Origin: Bdellovibrionales bacterium
GTDB taxonomy: Bacteria > Bdellovibrionota > Bdellovibrionia > Bdellovibrionales > JAGQZY01
Direction: 5' to 3'
DNA: 64,000 nt
Assembly: GCA_031429075.1 (NCBI GenBank)
Contig: JANOYW010000025.1
Span: 325-64,324, forward strand
The notes under the pieces are model-generated. The model had not been told where the DNA came from. It saw nothing but the letters and a program-made list of their open reading frames with translations, and searched no databases. Positions 26,383 through 34,572 of the stretch are shown in pieces (position 1 is the first letter of the stretch; each line of letters starts with the position of its first letter). Both the position numbers and the translations under genes were made by a program.

Positions 26383-27456
26383 TTGGTCATGTTACCAACT
26401 TTGATTTGTATCGACGACGAGGCTCACAACAACGAAGCCATCGAGCGTTTGCTTCGAAAGAAATATCAGATTCACACCACCACTCAACCACAAGAGGGTT
26501 TGAATCTGATCGAAAAACTTCAACCGGCTCTCATTATTAGCGATCAACGGATGCCGTTAATCACTGGCGTAGAACTGCTTAAAAAATCAATTCAACTGTC
26601 GCCAAACTCCATGCGATTGTTACTCACCGGTTACACAGATTTAGAATCTGTCATCGCCGCTATCAACGAGGGCCAGATTTATCGTTATCTCACCAAACCA
26701 TGGGAGCCCAATGATTTGCTGATGACCATCGATAAAGCCTACGAGACCTATCTTTTGCGTATCGAGTTGCAAAAGCAAAACGAAATCCTTAAAAATCTTG
26801 ATAAGCTTAAAACTGATTTTATGGTGCTTGTGACCCACGAGTTGCGCACTCCCCTCACCGGTATTACAAGTTTTTTAGAACTTTTAAAAGAAGAAATTAA
26901 AAATACCGATCAAAAAAAATACCTAGAACACATTGATAAAAATACAAAACGTTTGCAAAAACTCATCGAAGATATTTTGTTTATCACCCGCCTTAAAACC
27001 GACAGTCCAAAACAAGAATACACAGCGGTAGACGTAGAGGCGTTGGCTAAAAAAATATGGAAGAGTGCTTCGGAAAAAAGTAAAAATCTCAATCTTGTTT
27101 TAAAAACAGAGGAAAGCTCTATTTTAACATCTGAGTCTTTTTTAACAGAAATATTAAAACGTGTTTTTACCAATTGCTTTCAGTATGCTCCAGCTGATAG
27201 CGACGTGGTCTTTTCGTTAACCGCTGACGGCAAAAAATATAGCTTTTCGATTACGAACACCCTGTCTCAGCCCTTACTGGTTGAGCCGCAAAGTTTGATT
27301 TCGGCTTTCACCAAAAACGAAAAAATCATGAACCATACTCAAGGCACCGGACTGGGCTTGGCCATTGTCAGCTCGCTGGTGCAGTCCATGGGTGGTGAGC
27401 TCGAAATTTCAGCGAAAGATAAAAAGTTTTCGTTAAAATTCTCCCTCATAAAGTAA
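26383..27456 (+). CDS. Soluble hybrid response-regulator receiver / histidine kinase (REC-HisKA-HATPase)
   Basis: 357 aa. REC domain (LICIDDE..., ISDQRMPLITGVELL, KPW), H-box THELRTPLTGI, and G-box GTGLGLAIVSSLVQSMGG. No TM segment is visible. Confidence 0.8.
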   Translation: MVMLPTLICIDDEAHNNEAIERLLRKKYQIHTTTQPQEGLNLIEKLQPALIISDQRMPLITGVELLKKSIQLSPNSMRLLLTGYTDLESVIAAINEGQIYRYLTKPWEPNDLLMTIDKAYETYLLRIELQKQNEILKNLDKLKTDFMVLVTHELRTPLTGITSFLELLKEEIKNTDQKKYLEHIDKNTKRLQKLIEDILFITRLKTDSPKQEYTAVDVEALAKKIWKSASEKSKNLNLVLKTEESSILTSESFLTEILKRVFTNCFQYAPADSDVVFSLTADGKKYSFSITNTLSQPLLVEPQSLISAFTKNEKIMNHTQGTGLGLAIVSSLVQSMGGELEISAKDKKFSLKFSLIK

Positions 27457-27467
27457 ACGAACCGAGC

Positions 27468-27512
27468 TCCGGACAAAAAAACGTATTCCGGACCATAACG
27501 TTGTGTCCGGCA
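27468..27512. repeat. Three direct TCCGG(A/C)(C/A) repeats with 19-bp period, upstream of cpaC
   Basis: tccggac at 27468-27474 and 27487-27493, and tccggca at 27506-27512. The second and third copies are each preceded by aacgt. Confidence 0.6.
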
Positions 27513-27558
27513 ATGGCGATTTAGCTTTTGAAGTCTGCAAATTGCACCTCTGTTCTGT

Positions 27559-28791
27559 ATGACAATCATCACCTACTTTTTTTTGCAGTTTTGTTTTGCC
27601 TCCACCATCATCTTGAGTCCGGGCACAAGCACCGAGATCCCTTTGACTAAGAATCAAACTGTATCGCTTGCAAAAAACACCGTGGTTCGTCTTGTTGAGA
27701 AGAGCCGGAGTCTCAAAATCATCGGAAAACAGGTCGGACACGTGGAACTTAAGGTTGCGCAGCAGACCTTCGATGTTTGGGTGGTGCGTGCTAAAACTTA
27801 TCGCACTTTTCAAAAACTGCAATCTTGGCTTGCCGATAAAAGAGGGCCAGAGCTTTCCATAGAAAACCATCGATTGCAAATTCAAGGTCAATTTCTGATT
27901 TTTGAAGATTGGGATTTGCTTTCGCAGTTTACCAGCGAAGACGATGAGTTTGTAATCACAGCAAGAATAGATTCAGACATCCAAAAGCATATCGAAAAGC
28001 GGCTTAAAAGTTTGCTGGAGAAAAATAATCTCTCTTTTTCTTACTTTGCCACCGAACCTTCTTGGACATTGACCCTGGGCAAAACCGCTGTCGAGGAATT
28101 AAAAAATTATAAACGAATCCTCAACGCCTATGGAATAAAAATTCAAGACTCTCCCCTTGCCATCAAATCCATACCCATGATTGAGGTGTCGATTATTGCC
28201 GCGGAGGTGCAACGAAGCGAGATCACTCGTTTTGGAATTCAATGGCCTTCAGCAACCGCTTTTCAAGCATTGCCGCAATTTAACAATCCCCAGGCGACTT
28301 TGATGGCGACAATTCATCACCTGGAGGAGATTGGCAAAGGTCGCATCTTGGCAAAGCCCACTTTGGTTTCCCAATCGGGCGAAGAAGCCACGTTTCACTC
28401 AGGGGGAGAATTTCCCATTAAGGCCATGAACCAGTTTCAGTCCAGTGTTGTATGGAAAAAATACGGACTGATTTTAAAAATTAAACCCCAAGCCGACCGT
28501 CATGGAAAAATGGACCTCAAGATCGACTGCGAGTTTTCCACTCTTGATACCCGTGAAGACGACTCCGGCGTGCCCGGGTTGATCGTGCACCGAGTGACGA
28601 GTCATCTTAATTTGGAAGAGTCCAAAACCATGGTGCTGTCGGGCTTAATAAAAGACGAGTGGCGAAATACTAAGACCGGCTTCCCCGGCTTGCTTAAGAT
28701 TCCTATTTTAAGCCCTCTCTTTAGCAGCGAGAGTTACCAAAACAATCAATCGGAACTCGTCTTCTTTGTCACCCCGCGAGTTATCCAGTGA
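27559..28791 (+). CDS. cpaC: Flp pilus secretin (CpaC/RcpA family)
   Basis: 410 aa with a signal peptide. The C-terminal secretin domain is recognisable (GRILAKPTLVSQSGEEATFHSGGEFPI, MVLSGLIKDE, GFPGLLKIPILSPLFSS, ELVFFVTPRVI). Confidence 0.8.
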   Translation: MTIITYFFLQFCFASTIILSPGTSTEIPLTKNQTVSLAKNTVVRLVEKSRSLKIIGKQVGHVELKVAQQTFDVWVVRAKTYRTFQKLQSWLADKRGPELSIENHRLQIQGQFLIFEDWDLLSQFTSEDDEFVITARIDSDIQKHIEKRLKSLLEKNNLSFSYFATEPSWTLTLGKTAVEELKNYKRILNAYGIKIQDSPLAIKSIPMIEVSIIAAEVQRSEITRFGIQWPSATAFQALPQFNNPQATLMATIHHLEEIGKGRILAKPTLVSQSGEEATFHSGGEFPIKAMNQFQSSVVWKKYGLILKIKPQADRHGKMDLKIDCEFSTLDTREDDSGVPGLIVHRVTSHLNLEESKTMVLSGLIKDEWRNTKTGFPGLLKIPILSPLFSSESYQNNQSELVFFVTPRVIQ

Positions 28792-29765
28792 ACCAGCCAA
28801 TTATTCAGTCGACCACTGATTACTCCGCGTTCTTAAGTGAATTGTGGCAGGATTTAGACATCACCGAAATACTTATTTTGAACCTGAATGAAATCTGGTT
28901 TGAAAAGGGGGGAGTCTTTGCCAAAGCCCCTGTATTTTTCGAATCCCCCCTCCATCACCAGAATTTTTTGCACCAACTTTGTGATGAGGCCGGAATTCAA
29001 TTTAACTACGAACATCCCTACACAGATGGACAATGGAAGCACTTTCGCGTGCACATTTGTGCACCACCGATTTCGCAGGATGTTTGCCTAACTCTTCGTC
29101 GCTTACGACAAAGCTCCATTTGCCTAGAAGATCTGCAAACTAAGGGCTGGTGCGATACAAAGTCAGTGGAGTTTTTAAAAAATAGCGTGCGCAATAAAAA
29201 GAATATTGTGGTTGTGGGTGGAACTGGCAGCGGTAAAACCACTCTGCTAAATTCCTTGGTAGCAGAAGCCCCAAACGATCGCTGTGTTTTTATCGAAGAC
29301 ACGCCAGAACTTCTTTGCGCCAACCCTTTTAGCAGCAAGCTCCTCACACGCAAGGACTACCAAGGCAACTTGCGGGAGCTAACCCAGTCGGACCTCCTTC
29401 GGCAGTCCCTGCGAATGCGACCGGATCGCCTGATTGTGGGCGAGGTACGGTCGGGCGAAGCAAAGGATCTTTTAATGGCTCTTTCCACGGGCCACGCAGG
29501 CTCCATGACAAGTTTGCACGCTGGCTCTGCAAACGAGGCGCTACTTCGACTAGAAATGTTGGTGCAGATGGGGGCTTCGCAGTGGAGCTTGAGCGCCATA
29601 CGACGATTGATTCAACTGACGGTGGATTACATCATTGTGACACAAAAACAAAAAAACTCCTGGCGTTTGCAAGGAGTTTATAAGATTTCCTCATTGGAGG
29701 AATTTGGTTTTACTGTGGAAAAAGTTTTCGACGAAAACTCGTCTCAAACTTCAACGTCGAGATAG
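28788..29765 (+). CDS. cpaF: Type II/IV secretion ATPase, CpaF/TadA-like (short form)
   Basis: 325 aa. GTG start overlaps the cpaC stop (GTGA). Walker A VVGGTGSGKTTLLNSL, Walker B/Asp box (RPDRLIVGEVR) and His box (TGHAGSMTSLHA) are present. Confidence 0.8.
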   Translation: MNQPIIQSTTDYSAFLSELWQDLDITEILILNLNEIWFEKGGVFAKAPVFFESPLHHQNFLHQLCDEAGIQFNYEHPYTDGQWKHFRVHICAPPISQDVCLTLRRLRQSSICLEDLQTKGWCDTKSVEFLKNSVRNKKNIVVVGGTGSGKTTLLNSLVAEAPNDRCVFIEDTPELLCANPFSSKLLTRKDYQGNLRELTQSDLLRQSLRMRPDRLIVGEVRSGEAKDLLMALSTGHAGSMTSLHAGSANEALLRLEMLVQMGASQWSLSAIRRLIQLTVDYIIVTQKQKNSWRLQGVYKISSLEEFGFTVEKVFDENSSQTSTSR

Positions 29766-30169
29766 CTGCCTTTAGGAACAGGCTCACCGATCACCGGTCG
29801 ATCTGGCTCTGACGACTGGAACGATTGTATGCTCGCCATTTTTGCCTGAGTAGATGGTAACTCAATCAATGAGTTTTCATACATTGAGTAGTCTTCAGCG
29901 TCAGCAGCGTTTGAAGCGATGACATCTCCACTCACCTGCTGCGCAATGACTGTGTCGTTGGTGTTTCCGAATTGTGTAATACCTGCCGCCTCTCTTCGCG
30001 TGGCGTTTCGTGATTGGCGTTCTTCAACCATTTGCCTGTGGGCACCCACAGCTTTGCTAATGGAAGAATGATGACCGCGAATCATGGTATTGCGTTCGAG
30101 TGACGAAAACGGTGTTGTTGTTGCCGGGACGGGCGCGTTTATAAATTGAAGTCCTGCTACCTTATCCAT
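29744..30169 (-). CDS. Small polar, probably disordered protein behind a sigma-28-type promoter (FlgM-like candidate)
   Basis: 141 aa with AAGGAGG upstream. It has no signal peptide and no hydrophobic core, and is rich in S/T/A/Q/N/E. Its 3' end overlaps the cpaF 3' end by 22 nt (convergent). Confidence 0.5.
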   Translation of the reverse strand: MDKVAGLQFINAPVPATTTPFSSLERNTMIRGHHSSISKAVGAHRQMVEERQSRNATRREAAGITQFGNTNDTVIAQQVSGDVIASNAADAEDYSMYENSLIELPSTQAKMASIQSFQSSEPDRPVIGEPVPKGSYLDVEV

Positions 30170-30206
30170 GGAGCCTCCTTGAACAGCCTCTTGCGGTTCA
30201 TCCTAC

Positions 30207-30233
30207 TTATCGGCAGAAGTGTCTCAAAATGAA
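30207..30233 (-). promoter_or_regulatory. Sigma-28 (FliA)-type promoter candidate
   Basis: Minus strand reads TTCATTTT-N11-GCCGATAA, against the consensus TAAAGTTT-N11-GCCGATAA. The -10 element is perfect and the -35 matches 5 of 8. It lies 37 nt upstream of the ATG at 30169. Confidence 0.5.
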
Positions 30234-30260
30234 CGAGACCTTAGTATAGATAAAGACTCC

Positions 30261-31961
30261 TTACGAGTCTTTATCTGATAAGGTCGAGTTTACGACTTCT
30301 TGAAGCGATACGATTCCATCGCGAAGTTTTGCTAATGCTTGCATTCGCAAGGTTAAAAATCCTGTTTCCAATGCACGCATTTTGATGTCGTGGGTGGAAA
30401 CACTTTTATTAATGGCTTCGCGAATTTCGGTGGTCATTTCTAACAGCTCATGAATCGCAACGCGGCCTTTGTAGCCAGTGTTGTTGCATGCTTGGCAGCC
30501 TCGCTCCTCATACACAGTTTCGTAGAGATCTAAATCTGCTTCAGAAACTCCAAGATCCAATAGATATTGCGGTGACGGTGTTTTGGAAACACGACAGTGA
30601 ACACATAATTTTTTTATCAGTCTTTGAGCTATAACTAATGATGTGGCTTCGGCCACTAAAAACTTGGGAACTCCCATGTCTATCAGCCGACTGACGGCAG
30701 AAATCGCATCATTTGTATGTAATGTGCTCAACACAAGGTGGCCCGTAGAAGCGGCTTTATACGAAATCGTTGCTGTTTCTAAATCGCGAATCTCCCCGAC
30801 CATAATCACATCAGGGTCTTGACGCAAAAAGGCGCGAAGAGCTTCAGCAAATGTAAAGCCGATCTCACTGTTAATTTGAACTTGATTAATGCCATCCAAA
30901 TTGAATTCAACTGGATCTTCTGCTGTGGAAATATTTTTAGAAACTGTATTGAGTTCGAGCAAACCCGAATACAACGTTGTGGTTTTTCCACTCCCCGTAG
31001 GGCCAGTGACTAAAACCATGCCTTGCGACTTAGCGAGGGCTTTTTTGAAAATTTTGATTTGCAGAGGATTCATACCCAGCATATTTAAATTTTGATTGAG
31101 ATTTTTTTTATCGATGATTCGAATCACAATCTTTTCGCCAAAAAGCGTAGGCATTACGCTCGCTCGCATATCGTAGTGCTCTTCTTTGAATTTAAATTTC
31201 AATCGCCCATCCTGAGGATGTCTTTTTTCGGAAACATCCATCTGAGCCATCACTTTAATACGACTGACCACCTCTGTGGCGTTCAGTCCTGGAATGTTGA
31301 GCATCTCAATCATTTGTCCGTCAATTCGAAAGCGCACACGAAAACGCAATTCGAACTGCTCAAGGTGAATATCAGAAGCTTTCAATACGATCGCTTCACC
31401 TATCACTTTATCGATAAATTGAACTGAGTTTTCATCTCCCTGAAGGACAATACTGCGCATAGGAATATGCTTAATAGAAGAGCGCGTTTGATGTTGTGAG
31501 TTTTCCATTTGCGATTTTGTATGCTGTGTAGCTGGCTCATAGTATTTATCGATGGCGGCTTGAACCTCATCTTCGCGCGCAACGACAAGATCAATTCGGC
31601 AACCAAGAATCGACTCCATATTGGCTTTTAAGTGGAGCGAATTGGGATCGGAAAAAGCCATGGTAACGCCTTTTTCAGTTTTAATAAGAGGCATTACAAA
31701 AAATTTATCACAAAAAGAACGTTTAACAAATTGTGTAAGCTGCTTGTTTATATTTATAGAGGCTAAATCCACGAGCGGCAGACTGTAGTTTTCTGCGATC
31801 AAGCGAGCAATCGTATGGCCATCGGTAAAACCCATATGGATGACAGTGCTCGAAAGACGATTGGAAAATTGCGGCAGACGTGCCTGTACCTGACTCAACT
31901 GTTGCGGGTTAAGTACTGAGGCATCGACAAGAATTTGTGGAAAACTTTTCAGTGCTGACAA
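30261..31961 (-). CDS. Type IV pilus / type II secretion assembly ATPase (PilB/GspE family)
   Basis: 566 aa. N-terminal T2SSE_N-like domain, Walker A VTGPTGSGKTTTLYS, tetracysteine motif (CVHC...CQAC) and His box STGHLVLSTLH. Apparent TTG start. Confidence 0.85.
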   Translation of the reverse strand: MSALKSFPQILVDASVLNPQQLSQVQARLPQFSNRLSSTVIHMGFTDGHTIARLIAENYSLPLVDLASININKQLTQFVKRSFCDKFFVMPLIKTEKGVTMAFSDPNSLHLKANMESILGCRIDLVVAREDEVQAAIDKYYEPATQHTKSQMENSQHQTRSSIKHIPMRSIVLQGDENSVQFIDKVIGEAIVLKASDIHLEQFELRFRVRFRIDGQMIEMLNIPGLNATEVVSRIKVMAQMDVSEKRHPQDGRLKFKFKEEHYDMRASVMPTLFGEKIVIRIIDKKNLNQNLNMLGMNPLQIKIFKKALAKSQGMVLVTGPTGSGKTTTLYSGLLELNTVSKNISTAEDPVEFNLDGINQVQINSEIGFTFAEALRAFLRQDPDVIMVGEIRDLETATISYKAASTGHLVLSTLHTNDAISAVSRLIDMGVPKFLVAEATSLVIAQRLIKKLCVHCRVSKTPSPQYLLDLGVSEADLDLYETVYEERGCQACNNTGYKGRVAIHELLEMTTEIREAINKSVSTHDIKMRALETGFLTLRMQALAKLRDGIVSLQEVVNSTLSDKDS

Positions 31962-32073
31962 AAATATTTCCTCTTATATACATACCATCGGAAGTTTCCT
32001 TTGAATAAATGAGGGACCTCGACTAATTACTGTATTTCTTAACTTTAGTCTGTTCGGCATCTTTTGCGCAGGA

Positions 32074-32328
32074 GTGGCGATGAAACCTCGAAAAAACAAA
32101 TACCCGGCAGAGGGGATTACGCTGGAGATGATGGTCGTTAAGCTTGTTGAAAATTACGGCTGGGAACGACTTGGCGAGAAAATAAATATTCGTTGTTTTA
32201 CTTCCGAACCCTCAGTGAAGTCGAGTTTAACGTTCTTAAGAAAAACTCCTTGGGCGCGCGAAAAAGTGGAGCAGCTTTTTACGTGGCGGGACGAAACCGG
32301 CTGGGATCCCCGCGATAACGACAAGTAA
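32074..32328 (+). CDS. DUF2132 (VF530-like) small protein
   Basis: 84 aa. The segment [56 protein letters not shown] matches my recollection of the DUF2132 signature. Start is GTG 32074 or ATG 32080. Confidence 0.6.
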   Translation: MAMKPRKNKYPAEGITLEMMVVKLVENYGWERLGEKINIRCFTSEPSVKSSLTFLRKTPWAREKVEQLFTWRDETGWDPRDNDK

Positions 32329-32347
32329 AGGTACGGCGACACACTTT

Positions 32348-34138
32348 TTAGTCTTTGTTTTCTTTGGTGTTGAGGCGGATGCCGAGTTCCAAAAGCTGAT
32401 GGCGATCTACTGCACTCGGTGACTCCGACATCAAACACTGCGCTTTTGCGGTTTTTGGAAACGCAATCACGTCGCGAATGGCATCGGTGTTACAAAGAAT
32501 CATGATCAAGCGATCCACTCCCCATGCAATACCACCGTGCGGAGGTGTGCCGTAGCTGAGAGCTTCGATAAAATAGCCAAACTTTGTTTTGGCATCTTCA
32601 GCCGAGAGACCTAAGGATTTAAACATCATGCTTTGCACTTCGGAGTTGTGAATACGAATACTGCCGCCAGCGATTTCGTAGCCGTTACAAACAAGATCGT
32701 AGGCTTTTGCCAAAGCTTTTCCGAGACCTTCGTTGTCCCCGTTTTGTAGATACTGAACATGTTCATCCTTCGGCATCGTGAATGGATGGTGACAGGCCAC
32801 CCAGCGTTTGTCTTGAGCGTCGTAATCAAACAGTGGGAAATCCACAACCCAACAGAACTTATCCACAGTTGTGTCGATGAGATTAAATTGTGTTCCAACG
32901 GCATTGCGAAGTGCACCTAACGCCGACACTGCATTTTTAAAATCATCGGCCACAATTAACGCCACACCATGGCCCTCTGGGCAAAGGCGCTTAAATAAGC
33001 TCTCCAGCACTGTTTGATCGAGGAATTTATTCGCTGGCGACTGGTAACCTTCGGCATCTTTTTTAATCCACACCAAACCGCGCGCGTGATTATCTTTTGA
33101 AAGTTGGGTCCACTTGTCGATCATTGAGCGTGAGACTTCGTCCTTCGTCGGCACACCGATACCGCGAACGGTTCCTCCGCGCTCTAAGGTTTCGGTGAAA
33201 ACTTTAAACGGTACGGCTTTAACAAGATCGCCGCAGTCTTTGATTTCGATGGGATTGCGAAGATCGGGCTTATCAGAGCCAAAGCGGTTCATCACATCTT
33301 GATACGTGTAAGTTGGAATTTGGGGAACATCGCGGCCGCGGAACTCTTTCCAGATTTCGCGCAGCAACGACTCGTTCAATCGGCGAACATCGTCTTCGTC
33401 CACAAAGCTCATTTCGATATCGATTTGGCTAAACTCGGGCTGACGATCGGCGCGCAAGTCTTCGTCGCGAAAACAGCGGGCAATTTGAAAATAACGATCA
33501 AAGCCACTGATCATCAATAGCTGTTTTAAAGTCTGTGGGCTTTGCGGAAGAGCAAAAAATGTCCCTTGGTTCACACGCGATGGAACCAAATAATCGCGAG
33601 CTCCCTCGGGAGTGCTTTTGTAAAGGATCGGAGTTTCCACTTCGTAAAAACCTTGGCCACAGAGGGAATCGCGAACTTTTTTTACCACTTCGTGACGAGT
33701 GCGAATAAATTTTTGCAAACTCTGCGAACGTAAATCCAAATAGCGATATTTCAAGCGAACAGCTTCGGACACTGCGGGATCGTTTAAGTGAAATGGCAAT
33801 GGTTGAGCTTTTGATAAAATTTGGCATTCGGTGGCGACAACTTCGATACCACCCGTGCTGAGTTTGGCATTTTTCATGCCCTCGGGGCGCACACGAACTT
33901 CACCCGCCACCGCAATCACATACTCACCACGAACATCTTTTGACGATACCATGCTCGCATTTTGCGGATCGAGAACTACTTGCACGATGCCCTCGCGATC
34001 GCGCAAATCTACAAAAATAAGTCCACCGTGATCACGTCGGGAATCCACCCACCCCATCAGGACAACTTTGTTACCGGCATTGGTTTCACGCAGGTGGCCG
34101 CAGTAATGAGTTCGCTTCTTTGTTTTTAAAAATTCCAT
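32348..34138 (-). CDS. aspS: Aspartate--tRNA ligase
   Basis: Track ORF 32348..34165; start at ATG 34138 (MEFLKTKKRTHYCGHLRE). Class II motifs are present (FRDEDLRADRQPEFSQID, GGSIRIH, GIAWGVDRL). 596 aa. Confidence 0.95.
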   Translation of the reverse strand: MEFLKTKKRTHYCGHLRETNAGNKVVLMGWVDSRRDHGGLIFVDLRDREGIVQVVLDPQNASMVSSKDVRGEYVIAVAGEVRVRPEGMKNAKLSTGGIEVVATECQILSKAQPLPFHLNDPAVSEAVRLKYRYLDLRSQSLQKFIRTRHEVVKKVRDSLCGQGFYEVETPILYKSTPEGARDYLVPSRVNQGTFFALPQSPQTLKQLLMISGFDRYFQIARCFRDEDLRADRQPEFSQIDIEMSFVDEDDVRRLNESLLREIWKEFRGRDVPQIPTYTYQDVMNRFGSDKPDLRNPIEIKDCGDLVKAVPFKVFTETLERGGTVRGIGVPTKDEVSRSMIDKWTQLSKDNHARGLVWIKKDAEGYQSPANKFLDQTVLESLFKRLCPEGHGVALIVADDFKNAVSALGALRNAVGTQFNLIDTTVDKFCWVVDFPLFDYDAQDKRWVACHHPFTMPKDEHVQYLQNGDNEGLGKALAKAYDLVCNGYEIAGGSIRIHNSEVQSMMFKSLGLSAEDAKTKFGYFIEALSYGTPPHGGIAWGVDRLIMILCNTDAIRDVIAFPKTAKAQCLMSESPSAVDRHQLLELGIRLNTKENKD

Positions 34139-34251
34139 GGAATCCCCTAGTTTAGAGCCGTGCATAATAACGGCAGAGGCCTAGAGAGTAAACAATCTGT
34201 TGGTTTTTAAAGCGGTTGACACGCCCCAGCCTGGAGACTATTTTCTCCCCC

Positions 34252-34557
34252 ATGCCTAAAGTGAATGTTGATGTTAATTCCAAATACAACGCCCAAGACA
34301 CCTTCGCTAAGATCAAGACCTTTTTTGGTGAAAACAGCGAGATTTTAAAATTCGACGCTCAAATGACTAGCACCTTCAACGATAGCCAGCTCTCGGGAAC
34401 TGCTAAGGGCAGCAAGTTTGCGGCCGACATTAAGGTCAATTCCCAAGGGGATCAATCGGTGGTGAACATCGCCGTGGATGTTCCTTTTTTGCTTTCAGCA
34501 TTTAAGGGGCAAATTAAATCGACGATCGAAAAGAAGCTTTCGTCGATGCTGGGTTAA
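34252..34557 (+). CDS. Small protein resembling the polyhydroxyalkanoic-acid-system (PHA_gran_rgn) family
   Basis: Track ORF 34216..34557; ATG 34252 gives 101 aa. The C-terminus VNIAVDVPFLLSAFKGQIKSTIEKKLSSMLG resembles that family's conserved end, as I recall it. Confidence 0.45.
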   Translation: MPKVNVDVNSKYNAQDTFAKIKTFFGENSEILKFDAQMTSTFNDSQLSGTAKGSKFAADIKVNSQGDQSVVNIAVDVPFLLSAFKGQIKSTIEKKLSSMLG

Positions 34558-34572
34558 GGGCACGCGTCCATC

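Noticed and set aside
27832-27839. Additional exact GCCGATAA matches, inside cpaC at 27832 and inside the DUF4156 gene near 52264.
   Set aside because: Both are intragenic on the coding strand and lack a TAAA-type -35 element at the correct spacing. They are most likely chance occurrences.
30261-31961. Possible c-di-GMP-binding MshEN motif in the N-terminus of the PilB/GspE ATPase (FPQILVDASVLNPQQLSQVQ).
   Set aside because: Only the hydrophobic spacing is retained. The RLG start of the motif is absent (FPQ instead), so binding cannot be inferred from sequence.
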